DNA of 64,000 nucleotides from Pristiophorus japonicus. Taxonomy: Eukaryota. Shown here piece after piece: positions 10,393 to 23,409 of this stretch (the stretch's first letter is position 1; the number at the start of each line of letters is the position of its first letter). The stretch is taken from assembly GCF_044704955.1 (NCBI RefSeq), contig NC_091977.1, positions 11,284,001-11,348,000 on the forward strand, in the 5' to 3' direction. The notes under the pieces are model-generated. The model saw nothing but the letters and a program-made list of their open reading frames with translations. It did not search any database and was not told the DNA's origin. The position numbers were made by a program, and so were the translations under genes.

Positions 10393-13300
10393 ATAGAAAC
10401 ATAGAAAATAGGTGCAGGAGTAGGCCATTCAGCCCTTCGAGTCTGCATCACCATTCAATATGATCATGGCTGATCATGCAACTTCAGTACCCCTTTCCTG
10501 CTTTCTCTCCAAACCTCTTGATCCCTTTAGTCATAAAGGTCACATCGAACTCCCTTTTGAATATAGCTGACGAACTGGCCTCAAAAACTTTTTGTGGTAG
10601 AGAATTCCACAGGATCACAATTCTCTGGGTGAAGAAGTTTCTTCTCATCTCGGTTCTAAATGGTTTACCGTTTATCCTTAGACTGTGACCCCTGGTTCTG
10701 GACTTCCCCAACATCGGGAACATTCTTCCTGCATCTAACCTGTCCAATCCCGTCAGAATTTTATATGTTCCTCTCATTCTTCTAAATTCCAGTGAATATA
10801 AGCCTAGTCGTTCCAGTCTTTCTTCATATGTCAGTCCTGCCATCCCGGGAATCAGTCTGGTGAACCTTCGCTGCACTCCCTCAATAGCAAGAATGTCCTT
10901 CCTCAGATTAGGAGACCAAAACTGTACACAATATTCAAGGTGTGGCCTCACCAAGGTCCTGTACAACTGCAGTAAGACCTCCCTGCTCCTATACTCCTGT
11001 ACATTCCTGTCTGGCGTAAAAATAAAAAAGGGAAGGTGGCTCAACCATGGCTATCAAGGGAAATCAGGGATAGTATTAAAGCCAAGGAAGTGGCATACAA
11101 ATTGGCCAGAAATAGCAGCGAACCCGGGGACTGGGAGAAATTTAGAACTCAGCAGAGGAGGACAAAGGGTTTGATTAGGGCAGGGAAAATGGAGTACGAG
11201 AAGAAGCTTGCAGGGAACATTAAGACGGATTGCAAAAGTTTCTATAGATATGTAAAGAGAAAAATGTTAGTAAAGACAAACGTAGGTCCCCTGCAGTCAG
11301 AATCAGGGGAAGTCATAACGGGGAACAAAGAAATGGCAGACCAATTGAACAAGTACTTTGGTTCGGTATTCACTAAGGAGGACACAAACAACCTTCCGGA
11401 TATAAAAGGGGTCAGAGCGCCTAGTAAGGAGGAGGAACTGAGGGAAATCCTTATTAGTCGGGAAATTGTGTTGGGGAAATTGATGGGATTGAAGGCCGAT
11501 AAATCCCCAGGGCCTGATGGACTGCATCCCAGAGTACTTAAGGAGGTGGCCTTGGAAATAGTGGATGCATTGACAGTCATTTTCCAACATTCCATTGACT
11601 CTGGATCAGTTCCTATGGAGTGGAGGGTAGCCTATGTAACCCCACTTTTTAGAGATAACAGGGAATTATAGACCGGTCAGCCTGACATCGGTAGTGAGTA
11701 AAATGATGGAATCAATTATTAAGGATGTCACAGCAGTGCATTTGGAAAGAGGTGACATGATAGGTCCAAGTCAGCATGGATTTGTGAAAGGGAAATCATG
11801 CTTGACAAATCTTCTGGAATTTTTTGAGGATGTTTCCAGTAGAGTGGACAAGGGAGAACCAGTTGACGTGGTATATTTGGACTTTCAGAAGGCTTTCGAC
11901 AAGGTCCCACACAAGAGATTAATGTGCAAAGTTAAAGCACATGGGATTGGGGGTAGTGTGCTGACATGGATTGAGAACTGGCTGTCAGACAGGAAGCAAA
12001 GTGTAGGAGTAAATGGGGACTTTTCAGAATGGCAGGCAGTGACTAGTGGGGTACCGCAAGGTTCTGTGCTGGGGCCCCAGCTGTTTACACTGTACATTAA
12101 TGATTTAGACGAGGGGATTAAATGTAGTATCTCCAAATTTGTGGATGACACTAAGTTGGGTGGCAGTGTGAGCTGCGAGGAGGATGCTATGAGGCTGCAG
12201 AGCGACTTGGATAGGTTAGGTGAGTGGGCAAATGCATGGCAGATGAAGTATAATGTGGATAAATGTGAGGTTATCCACTTTGGTGGTAAAAATTATCTGA
12301 ATGGTGACAGATTAGGAAAAAGGTAGGTACAACGAGACCTGGGTGTCATGGTACATCAGTCATTGAAGGTTGGCATGCAAGTACAGCAGGCGGTTAAGAA
12401 AGCAAATGGCATGTTGGCCTTCATAGCGAGGGGATTTGAGTACAGGGGCAGGGAGCTGTTGCTACAGTTGTACAGGGCCTTGTTGAGGCCACACTTGGAG
12501 TATTGTGTACAGTTTTGGTCTCCTAACCTGAGGAAGGACATTCTTGCTATTGAGGGAGTGCAGCGAAGGTTCACCAGACTGATTCCCGGGATGGCGGGAC
12601 TGACCTATCAAGAAAGACTGGATCAACTGGGCTTGTATTCACTGGAGTTCAGAAGAATGAGAGGGGACCTCATAGAAACGTTTAAAATTCTGATGGGGTT
12701 AGACAGGTTAGATGCAGGAAGAATGTTCCCAATGTTGGGGAAGTCCAGAACCAGGGGACACAGTCTAAGGATAAGAGGTAAGCCATTTAGGACCGAGATG
12801 AGGAGGAATTTCTTCACCCAGAGAGTGGTGAACCTGTGGAATTCTCTACCACAGAAAGTTGTTGAGGCCAATTCACTAAATATATTCAAAAAGGAATTCG
12901 ATGAAGTCCTTACTACTAGGGGGATCAAGGGGTATGGTGAGAAAGCAGGAATGGGGTACTGAAGTTGCATGTTCAGCCATGAACTCATTGAATGGCGGCG
13001 CAGGCTAGAAGGGCCGAATGGCCTACTCCTGCACCTATTTTCTATGTTTCTATACTCAAATCCTCTCGCTATGAAGGCCAACATACCATTTGCCTTCTTC
13101 ACCGCCTGCTGAACCTGCATGCCAACTTTCAATGACTGATGTACCATAACACCCATGTCTCGTTGCACCTCCCCTTTTCCTATTCTGTCACCATTCAGAT
13201 AACTTTTGCCTTCCTGTTTTTGCCACCAAAGTGGATAACCTCACATTTATATACATTTTATTGCATCTGCCATGTATTTGCCCACTCACCTAACCTGTCC

Positions 13301-13580
13301 AAGTCATCCTGCAGCCTCTTAGCATCCTCGTTACAGCTCACACTGCCACCCAGCTTAGTGTCATCTGCAAACTTGGAGATATTACATTCAATTCCTTCAT
13401 CTAAATCATTAATGTATATTGTAAATAGTTGGGGTCCCAGCACTGAACCTTGTGGCACCCCACTAGTCACTGCCTACCATTCTGAAAAGGACCCGTTTAT
13501 TCCTACTCTTTGATTCCTGTCTGCCAACCAGTTCTCTAACCACTAAATACATTACCATGTGCTTTAATTTTGCACACTAA
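10393..13580 (-). mobile_element. CR1 family A, 5'-truncated, itself interrupted by 10997-13049
   Basis: Tail at 10393; RT C-terminal ORFs 10484-11044 and 13258-13470. Confidence 0.9.
10997..13049 (+). mobile_element. Young CR1 family A subfamily copy, 5'-truncated, 8-bp TSD CTATACTC
   Basis: ORF2 pieces 11036-12962; TSD at 10989-10996 and 13050-13057. Confidence 0.93.
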
Positions 13581-14006
13581 TTTGAGCGACAGTATAAACC
13601 TTCATTTCGAAAGACACAGATTAATCAAGGACAGTCAGCATGGATTTGTTAAGGGAAGGTAGTGTCTGACTAACTTTATTGAGTTTCTTTGAGGAGGTAA
13701 CAAGGAGGGTTGATGAGGGCAGTGCTTTTGATGTAGCTTACATGGATTTTAACAAGGCTTTTGACAAGGTCCCACATGGTAGGCTGATCAAAAACGGAAA
13801 AGCCCATGGGATCCAAGGGAGAGTGGCAAATTGGATCTAAAATTGGCTCAGTGGCAGGAAGCAAAGGGTAATGGCTGAGGGGAGCTTTTGTGACTGGAAG
13901 GCTGTTTCCAGTGGGGTTCCACAGGGCTCAGTACTCGGTCCCTTGCTTATTGTAGTACCCCTGTATATATTAATGATTTGGACTTAAATGTAGAGGACAT
14001 GATAAA

Positions 14007-14296
14007 GAGTTCGTGGTGAGTCGGCGAGAGGCTCGGGAGGTGCATGGAGAGGCCTATAAAAAGGCCCAGCGTCCATGAGTCGTCGGGAGTTCGTGGTGAG
14101 TCGGCGAGAGGCTCGGGAGGTGCGTGGAGAGGCCTATAAAAAGGCCCAGCGTCTGTGAGTCGTCAGGAGTTCGTGGTGAGTCGGCGAGAGGCATGCTTGT
14201 GCTTGTGCAGCAGGGCGAGAAGGCAAAAAGAAGTAGAAGGAAAACGAAAGGTGACGTCACAGCCAAGGGGATGTGATTGGCTGGTGGTTGGTAAGT
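14007..14296 (+). promoter_or_regulatory. LINE 5'UTR internal promoter candidate: 80-bp monomers with TATA boxes, CRE, CCAAT box, splice donor
   Basis: Repeat starts 14007/14087/14167; TATAAAAA 14055 and 14135; GTGACGTCAC 14251-14260; ATTGG 14276; GTAAGT 14291. Confidence 0.6.
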
Positions 14297-14377
14297 AGTT
14301 TTTCTTTCTTTTTTCTATATCAGTAAGCAACCTTTAGCATTGTTGTTGCCAAATTAAGTTAATCTAAGGGTTAAGTC

Positions 14378-15325
14378 ATGGCAGGACAGCTCGGACACGT
14401 GTTATGCTGCTCCTGTACTATGTGGGAAGTCAGGAACGCTTCCGGTGTCCCGGACGACTACGTGTGCTGGAAGTGTATCCGCCTCCAGCTCCTGATGGAC
14501 CGCATTACGGCACTGGATCTGCGGGTGGATTCACTCTGGAGCATCCACGATGCTGAGAATGACATGAAAAGCACGTTTAGCGAGTTGGTCTCACCGTAGG
14601 TAAAGGGTACACAGCCAGATAGTAAATGGGTGACCAGCAGGAAGAGCAGTGCAAGGAAGGTAGTGCAGGGGTCCCCTGCGGTCATCCCCCTACAAAACAG
14701 ATACACTGCTTTGAGTACTGTTGAGGGGGATGACTCATCAGGGGAGGGCAGCAGCAGCCAAGTTCATGGCACTGTGGATGGCTCTGCTGCACAGGAGGGC
14801 AGGAAAAAGTGTGGGAGAACATTAGTGATAGGGGATTCGATTGTAAGGGGAATAGATAGGCGTTTCTGCGGCCGCAACAAAGACTCCAGGATGGTATGTT
14901 GCCTCCCTGGTGCAAGGGTCAAGGATGTCTTGGAGCAGGTGCAGGACATTCTGAAAAGGGAGGGTGAACAGCCAGTTGTCGTGGTGCATGTAGGTACCAA
15001 CGATATAGGTAAAAAACAGGATGAGGTCCTACAAGACGAATTTAGGAAGCTAGGAGCTAAATTAAAAAGTAGGACCTCAAAAGTAGTAATCTCAGGATTG
15101 CTACCAATGCCACGTGCTAGTCAGAGTAGGAATCGCAGGATAGCTCAGATGAATATGTGGCTTGAGGAGTGGTGCAGAAGGGAGGGATTCAAATTCCTGG
15201 GACATTGGAACCAGTTCTGGGGGAGGTGGGACCAGTCCAAACCGGACGGTCTGCACCTGGGCAGGACCGGAACCAATGTCCTAGGGGGAGTATTTGCTAG
15301 TGCTGTTAGGGAGGAGTTAAACTAA
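14378..15325 (+). pseudogene. CR1 ORF1 (CxxC...CxxC zinc finger/leucine zipper plus SGNH esterase), one internal stop
   Basis: CCSC...CWKC; VIGDSIVR, VHVGTND, DGLHL motifs. Confidence 0.92.
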
Positions 15326-18300
15326 CATGGCAGGGGGATGGGAACCTATGCAGGGAGAGAGAGGGAAATAAAATGGAGGCAGAAGCTAAAGATAGTAAGG
15401 AGAATAATAAAAGTGGAGGGCAGAGAAACCCAAGGCAAAAAACAAAAAGGGCCACATTCGAGAAAAATTCTAAAGGGGCAAGGTGTGTTAAAAAGACAAG
15501 CCTGAAGGCTCTGTGCCTCAATGCGAGGAGTATTCGGAATAAGGTGGACGAATTAACTGCGCAGACAGCAGTTAACGGATATGATGTAATTGGCATCACG
15601 GAGATATGGCTCCAGGGTGACCAAGGCTGGGAACTCAACATCCAGGGATATTCAACATTCAGGAAGGATAGACAGAGAGGAAAAGGGGGAAATTAAGGAT
15701 TGTGTTAAAGCCAAGGAAGAGGCATATGAATTGGCTAGAAAAAGCAACAAACCTGAGGACTGGGAGAAAATTAGAATTCAACAGAGGAGGACTAAGGGTT
15801 TAATTAAGAGGGGGAAAATATAGAACGAGAGGAAGCTTACAAGGAACATAAAAACTGACTGCAAAAGCTTCTATAGATATGTGAAGAAAAAAAGATTAGT
15901 AAAGACAGTCGGATTCAGATGAATTTATAATGGGGAACAAAGAAATGGCAGACCAATTGAACAAATACTTCGATTCTGTCTTCATGAAGGAAGACACAAA
16001 TAACCTTCCGAATGTACTAGGGGACAGTGTGTCTAGTGAGAAGGAGGAACTGAAGGATATCCTTATTCGGCAGGAAATTGTGTTAGGGAAATTGATGGGA
16101 TTGAAGGCTGATAAATTCCCGGGGCCTGATAGTCTGCATCCCAGAGTACTTAAGGAAGTGGTCCTAGAAATAGTGGATGCATTGGTGATCATTTTCCAAC
16201 AGTCTATCGACTCTGGAGCAGTTCCTATGGACTGGAGGGTAGCTAAAGTAACACCACTTTTTAAAAAGGGAGGGAGAGAGAAAACGGGTAATTATAGACC
16301 GGAAAGCAGTGACAGGATCGGACCAAGTCAGCATGGATTTATGAAAGGGAAATCATGCTTGACGAATCTTCTGGAATTTTTTGAGGATGTAACTAGCAGA
16401 GTGGACAAGGGAGATCCAGTGGATGTGGTGTATTTGGACTTTCAAATGGCTTTTGACAAGGTCCCGCACAAGAGATTGGTGTGCAAAATCAAAGCGCATG
16501 GTATTGGGGGTAATGTCCTGACGTGGATAGAGACAGAAAGCAGAGAGTCGGGATAAACGGGTCCTTTTCAGATTGGCAGGCAGTGACTAGTGGAGTGCCG
16601 CAGGGCTCAGTGCTGGGACCCCAGCTCTTTACAATATACATTAACGATTTAGATGAAGGAATTGAGTGTAATAGCTCCAAGTTTGCAGATGGCACTAAAG
16701 TGAGTGGTGGTGTGAGCTGTGAGGAGGACGCTAAGAGGCTGCAGGGTGACTTGGACAGGTTAGGTGAGTGGGGAAATGCATGGCAGATGCAGTATAATGT
16801 GGATAAATGTGAGGTTATCCATTTTGGGGGCAAAAACACGAAGGCAGAATATTATCTGAATGGCGGCAGATTAGGAAAAGGGGAGGTGCAACGAGACCTG
16901 GGTGTCATGGTTCATCAGTCACTGAAAGTGGACATACAGGTACAGCAGGCAGTGAAGAAGGCAAATGGTATGTTGGCCTTCATAGCTAGGGGATTTGAAT
17001 ATAGGAGCAGGGAGGTTTTACTGCAGTTGTACAGGGCCTTGGTGAGGCCTCACCTGGAATATTATGTTCAGTTTTGGTATCCTACTCTGAGGAAGGACGT
17101 TCTTGCTATTGAGGGAGTGCAGCGAAGGTTCACCAGACTGATTCCAGGGATGGCTGGACTGTCATATGACGGGTGACTGGATCAACTGAGCCTTTATTTA
17201 CTGGAGTTTAGAAGTATGAGAGGGGATCTCATGGAAATGTATAAGATTCTGACCGGACTGGACAGGTTAGATACGGGAAGAATGTTCCTGATGTATGGGA
17301 AGTCCAGAACCAGGGGACATAGTCTTAGGATAAGGTGTAGTCCATTTAGGACTGAGATGAGGAGAAACTTCTTCACTCAGAGAGTTGTTAACCGATGGAA
17401 TTTTCTGCCACAGAGAATTGTTGATGCCAGTTCATTGGATATATTCAAGAGGGAGTTAGTTACGGCTAAGGGGATCAAGGGGTATGGAGAGAAAGCAGGA
17501 AATGGGTACTGAGGGAATGATCAGCCATGATCTTATTGAATGGCGGTGCAGGATCGAAGGACCGAATGGCTTGCTCCTGCACCTATTTTCTATGTTTCTA
17601 TTTGCAGATGATGCAAAAATTGGCCGTGTGGTTGACAGTGAGGAGGAAAGCTCGAGACTGCAGGAAGATATCGATGAACTGGTCAGTTGGGCAGAAAATT
17701 AGCAAATCGAATTCAATCTGGAAAAGTGTGAGGTAATGCATTTGGGGAGGGGCAACAAGGCAAGGGAATACACATTAAATGGGAGGATACTGAGTAATGT
17801 GGAGGAACAGAGGGGCTTTGGAGTTTCTGTCCATTGATCCTTAAAGGTAGCAGGACAGGTCGATAAGGTAGTTTAAAAGGCATATGGAATGCTATCCTTT
17901 ATTAGCCGAGGTACTGAATACAAGAGCAGGGAGGTTATGCTTAAACTGCATAAAATACTAGTCAGTCCACAGCTTGAGTACTGTATGCAGTTCTGGTCAC
18001 CACATTACAGGAAGGATTACACTAGAGAGGGTGCAGAGGAGATTTACGAGAATGTTGTTAAGACTTGAAAACTTTAGCCATGAGGAAAGATCAGATCGGC
18101 TGGGGTTGTTTTCCTTGGAACAGAGAAGACTGAGAGGAGATTTAATTGAGGTGTATAAAATTATGAGGGGCCTGGATAGAGTGGATAGGAAGGACCTATT
18201 TCCCTTAGCAGAGGGGTCAACAACCAGGGGGTATAGATTTAAAGTAATTATTAGAAGGATTAGAGGGAATATGAGGAAACAATTTTTCACCCAGAGGGTG

Positions 18301-18518
18301 GTGGGGGTCTGGAACTCACTGCCTGAAAGGGTGGTAGAGGCAGAAACCCTCATCACATTTAAAAAGTACTTCAATGTGCATGTGAAGTGCCGTAACCTAT
18401 AGGGCTGTGGACCAAGAGCTGGAAAGTGGAATTAGGCTGGGTAACTCTTTTTTAACCAGCATGGACACGATGGGCCAAATGGCCTCCTTCTGTGTTGTAA
18501 TGTTTTATGATTCTAGTG

Positions 18519-18659
18519 ATGAGCAACAGGACTTACGGTGCCGAGATCGCTCACAATGCCTCCTCCAAAAATGGCAAGACGACTGTGGAGAAGGCAGCTC
18601 ACCTCATGAGCAAGATCACCAGTCCCAAAGACAGGTTACGCAGCAAAGAAAATGAATAA
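18519..18659 (+). pseudogene. RPL32: RPL32 processed-pseudogene 3' fragment
   Basis: Manual translation [46 protein letters not shown] versus RPL32 C-terminus [46 protein letters not shown]; not in the ORF track frame. Confidence 0.9.
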
Positions 18660-20322
18660 AACGTTTTGGCAAAGCTAGACTTATTGATAAAAATTTAAAA
18701 TACAGCGGGAAAAATGAGAGGGTTGTAACTACCAGGAAAGACTGAACAGGCTGTGGCTCTTTCTTCTCGAAAAGAGAAGACTGAGGGATGATCTGATAGA
18801 GGTCTTCAAAATTATGAAAGGGTTGATAGGAAAGACTTGGAGAAGATATGGAGGAATCCAAAACTAGGGGCCAGAAATATAAGATAGCCACTAATAAATC
18901 AGGAAGAAATCAGGAGAAACTTCTTTACCCAGAGAATGTGGAACTCGCCACCATATGGAGTAGTTGAGGTGAATAGCACAGATGCATTTAAGGGGAAGCT
19001 GGATATGTACAGGAATAGAAGGATATGTTGAGAGGGTTAGATTAAGTAGGGTGGGAGGAGACTCCTGTGGAACGGCATAGACCAGTTGAGCCAAATAGCC
19101 TGTTTCTGTGCTATAAATATGATGCAATTCAATGCACCATCATTTGGTATCTAATGGTGCCTGCCGTCAGTTGGACTTGCCCTTGTATGCTTAGGCGTTT
19201 ACATTTTTCCTGTGTCAAGTTGCTGAAGATGCGAGTTGATAACATCACAGCGAGAACAAACGGACAAGCAATTGTGTATCTCCTTAAACAATCAGATTAG
19301 AGGATTGTAACATTACAGCGTAAGGACTGAGAAAGAAAGTGTGAGCGAATTCAATGACAAATTAAGAACGGGGAAGAAAGATTGGATTAAGGGAGAAGAA
19401 AAAATAGAGACAGAGAAGAAAAGTAAAAGAAAAGGTACATTTTTTAAAAATCACCAACAATTAAAAGCTGAAGGAAGGAGACTCCACACTTGTAACAGTT
19501 CATTTTCAGTGCCAGAGTGGTTGACTGGCAGCAAAGTAACACTCATCACATTGACCGAAATGGACAAGCCTTAACTTCCTGCGCTAAGTTTAGTTCATAT
19601 CGACCGCGCAAATACAGCAACTCCTTGCCGTTCAATGCATTTCAGCGGTGAGCCAGGCTGCGAGATGCCGATTTCATTTTTTTTGTTGAACACTTTCATT
19701 TATTAGTTATAAATATACTGGAGAAACAAAGTAGCGGCAGGGATAGTGGATGCATTGGTTGTAAGTTACAAAAATTCCCAGGTCCCAGCAGATTGGAAAA
19801 CTGCAAATGTAACGCCCCTATTTTAAAAAGGAGGCAGACAAATGCAGGAAACTATAGACCAGTTAGCCTAATGTCTGTGGTTGGGAAAATGTTGGAATCC
19901 ATTAGTGGAGAAGCAGTAACAGGACATTTAGAAAAACATAATTCAATCAAGCAGAGTCAGCATGGATTTATGAAGGGGAAGTCATTTTTGACAAATAGGC
20001 TGGAATTCTTTGAGGATGCAACGTACAGGGTGGATAAAGGGGAACCAGTGGATGTGGTGTGTTTGGACTTCCAGAAGGCATTTGACAAGGTGCCACATAA
20101 AAAGTTGCTGCACAAGGGGTGCCGCAGGGATCAGTGCTGGGACCCCAACTATTTACAATTCATATTAATGACTTGGAAGAAGGGACCGAATGTAACGTAG
20201 CCAAGTTTGCTGATGATACAAAGATGGGAGGAAAAGCAATGTGTGAGGAGGACACAAAATAATCTGCAAAAGGACATAGACAGGCTAAGTGAGTGGGCAA
20301 AAATTTGGCAGATGGAGTATAA

Positions 20323-22680
20323 CATAGAAACATAGAAAATAGGTGCAGGAGTAGGCCATTCGGCCCTTCTAGCCTGCACCGCCATTCAATGAGTTCATGG
20401 CTGAACATGCAACTTCAGTACCCCATTCCTGCTTTCTCACCATACCCCTTGATTCCCCTAGTAGTAAGGACTTCATCTAACTCCTTTTTGAATATATTTA
20501 GTGAATTGACCTCAACAACTTTCTGTGGTAGAGAATTCCACAGGTTCACCACTCTCTGGGTGAAGAAATTCCTCCTCATCTCGGTCCTAAATGGCTTCCC
20601 CCTTATCCTTAGACTGTGTCCCCTGGTTCTGGACTTCCCCAACATTGGGAACATTCTTCCTGCATCTAACCTGTCTAAACCCGTCAGAATTTTAAACGTT
20701 TCTATGAGATCCCCTCTCATTCTTCTGAACTCCAGTGAATACAAGCCCAGTTGATCCAGTCTTTCTTGATATGTCAGTCCCGCCATCCCGGGAATCAGTC
20801 TGGTGAACCTTCGCTGCACTCCCTCAATAGCAAGAATGTCCTTCCTCAAGTTAGGAGACCAAAACTGTACACAATACTCCAGGTGTGGCCTCACGACGGC
20901 CCTGTACAATTGTAGCAACACCTCCCTGCCCCTGTACTCAAATCCCCTCGCTATGAAGGCCAACATGCCATTTGCTTTCTTAACCGCCTGCTGTACCTGC
21001 ATGCCAACCTTCAATGACTGATGTACCATGACACCCAGGTCTCGCTGCACCTCCCCTTTTCCTAATCTGTCACCATTCAGATAATAGTCTGTCTCTCTGT
21101 TTTTACCACCAAAGTGGATAACCTCACATTTATCCACATTATACTTCATCTGCCATGCATTTGCTCACTCACCTAACGTATCCAAGTCGCTCTGCAGCCT
21201 CATAGCATCCTCCTCGCAGCTCACACTGCCACCCAACTTAGTGTCATCCGCAAATTTGGAGATACTACATTTAATCCCCTCGTCTAAATCATTAATGTAC
21301 AGTGTAAACAGCTGGGGCCCCAGCACAGAACCTTGCGGTACCCCACTAGTCACTGCCTGCCATTCTGAAAAGTCCCCATTTACTCCTACTCTTTGCTTCC
21401 TGTCTGACAACCAGTTCTCAATCCATGTCAGCACACTACCCCCAATCCCATGTGCTTTAACTTTGCACATTAATCTCTTGTGTGGGACCTTGTCGAAAGC
21501 CTTCTGAAAGTCCAAATATACCACATCAACTGATTCTCCCTTGTCCACTCTACTGGAAACATCCTCAAAAAATTCCAGAAGATTTGTCAAGCATGATTTC
21601 CCTTTCACAAATCCATGCTGACTTGGACCTATCATATTACCTCTTTCCAAATGCACTGCTATGACATCCTTAATAATTGATTCCATCATTTTACCCACTA
21701 CCGATGTCAGGCTGACCGGTCTATAATTCCCTGTTTTCTCTCTCCCTCCTTTTTTAAAAAGTGGGGTTACATTGGCTACCCTCCACTCCATAGGAACTGA
21801 TCCAGAGTCAATGGAATGTTGGAAAATGACTGTCAATGCATCCACTATTTCCAAGGCCACCTCCTTAAGTACTCTGGGATGCAGTCCATCAGGCCCTGGG
21901 GATTTATCGGCCTTCAATCCTATCAATTTCCCCAACACAATTTCCCGACTAATAAGGATTTCCCTCAGTTCCTCCTCCTTACTAGACCCTCCGAACCCTT
22001 TTATATCCGGAAGGTTGTTTGTGTCCTCCTCAGTGAATACCGAACCAAAGTACTTGTTCAATTGGTCCGCCATTTCTTTGTTCCCCGTTATAACTTCCCC
22101 TGATTCTGACTGCAGGGGACCTACGTTTGTCTTTACTAACCTTTTTCTCTTTACATATCTATAGAAACTTTTGCAATCCTTCTTAATGTTCCCTGCAAGC
22201 TTCTTCTCATACTCCATTTTCCCTGCCCTAATCAAACCCTTTGTCCTCCTCTGCTGAGTTATAAATTTCTCCCAGTCCCCGGGTTCGCTGCTATTTCTGG
22301 CCAATTTGTATGCCATTTCCTTGGCTTTAATGCTATCCCTGATTTCGCTTGATAGCCACGGTTGAGCCACCTTCCCTTTTTTATTTTTATGCCAGACAGG
22401 AATGTACAATTGTTGTAGTTCATTCATGCGGTCTCTAAATGTTTGCCATTGCCCATCCACAGTCAACCCCTTTAGTATCATTCGCCAATCTATCCTAGCC
22501 AATTCACTCCTCATACCTTCAAAGTTAGCCTTCTTTAAGTTCTGGACCATGGTCTCTGAATTAACTGTTTCATTCTCCATCCTAATGCAGAATTCCACCA
22601 TATTATGGTCACTCTTCCCCAAGGGGCCTCGCACAACGAGATTGCTAATTAATCCTCTCTCATTACACAACACCCAGTCT
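20323..22680 (-). mobile_element. Young CR1 family A subfamily copy, 5'-truncated
   Basis: ORFs 21165-22706 and 20415-21149 separated by a single stop; FADD motif intact. Confidence 0.95.
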
Positions 22681-22927
22681 ATGTTGGAAAGTGTGAGGTC
22701 GTGCACTTTAGCAGAAGTCGTGCACTTTAGCAGAAAAAATCTATTATTATTTCAATGGAGAAAAATTGCAAAGTGCTGCAATACAGCAGGACCTGGGGGT
22801 ACGTATGCATAAAACATAAAAGGTTAGTATGCAGGTACAGCAAGTGATCAGGAAGGCCAATGGAATCTTGGCCTTTATTGCAAAGGGAATGGAGTATAAA
22901 AGCAGGGAAGTCTTGCTACAGTTATAC

Positions 22928-23409
22928 CATCATCATCATAGGCAGTCCCTCGAATCGAGGATGACTTGCTTAATCTTCAAAAAGTTCACAGGTGTTTCAA
23001 TGAAGGACCTAAAATTCCAGGTCCCAAACTAAACCTTGAAGGGTGGAAGATGCCTGTGCATGGATTTTTTTAACGTGTGGTGACCATTGCACACCAGCCA
23101 CCACACGGGCTTGACAGAGCTCGGTCTTGGTCCAGTAGCAAGGATTAACGATGACGACTGGACCAGCTCTGCTGCACGGACCTAGTGCGCACACATATCG
23201 CAGTGTGGGCTGGTCCATGCTGCCCCTGTGCCCTCGCCTGTTCTGGGTCTGAACTCACACCCCTCCTGGGCCCCGATCACGTCCCTCTACAATCTCTCGC
23301 CACTCCTTCACCCTGACCTCACCACTCCTGCTGTATCTGCCCACGCTCCAATCACTGACCTGGACCTTGGCGATGTCCCTTTTCACTGCCGTTGCTCTCC
23401 TGCTCCAGC
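22928..23409 (-). mobile_element. Non-autonomous RTE-tailed retroelement, 10-bp TSD ACAGTTATAC
   Basis: TSD 22918-22927 and 23410-23419; RTE 3' end plus (ATG)n tail; non-coding body homologous to 49545-49998. Confidence 0.88.

Larger units (their letters stand above)
14007..17600 (+). mobile_element. CR1 family A element with intact 5' end (5'UTR, ORF1, internally deleted ORF2, tail)
   Basis: 5' tandem repeats, ORF1 zinc finger and esterase, EN start, deletion near 15690, RT, tail ttttctatgtttcta. Confidence 0.93.
10160..18515 (+). mobile_element. CR1 family B host element (pieces 10160-10392, 13581-14006, 17601-18515) split by nested insertions
   Basis: Colinear RT pieces that rejoin across the inserts; 3' tail ...gggccaaatggcctcc...ttatgattcta. 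Confidence 0.85.

Noticed and set aside
18538-18583. Minus-strand exon-like segment with ag/gtaagt boundaries
   Set aside because: Better explained as the antisense of the RPL32 retrocopy
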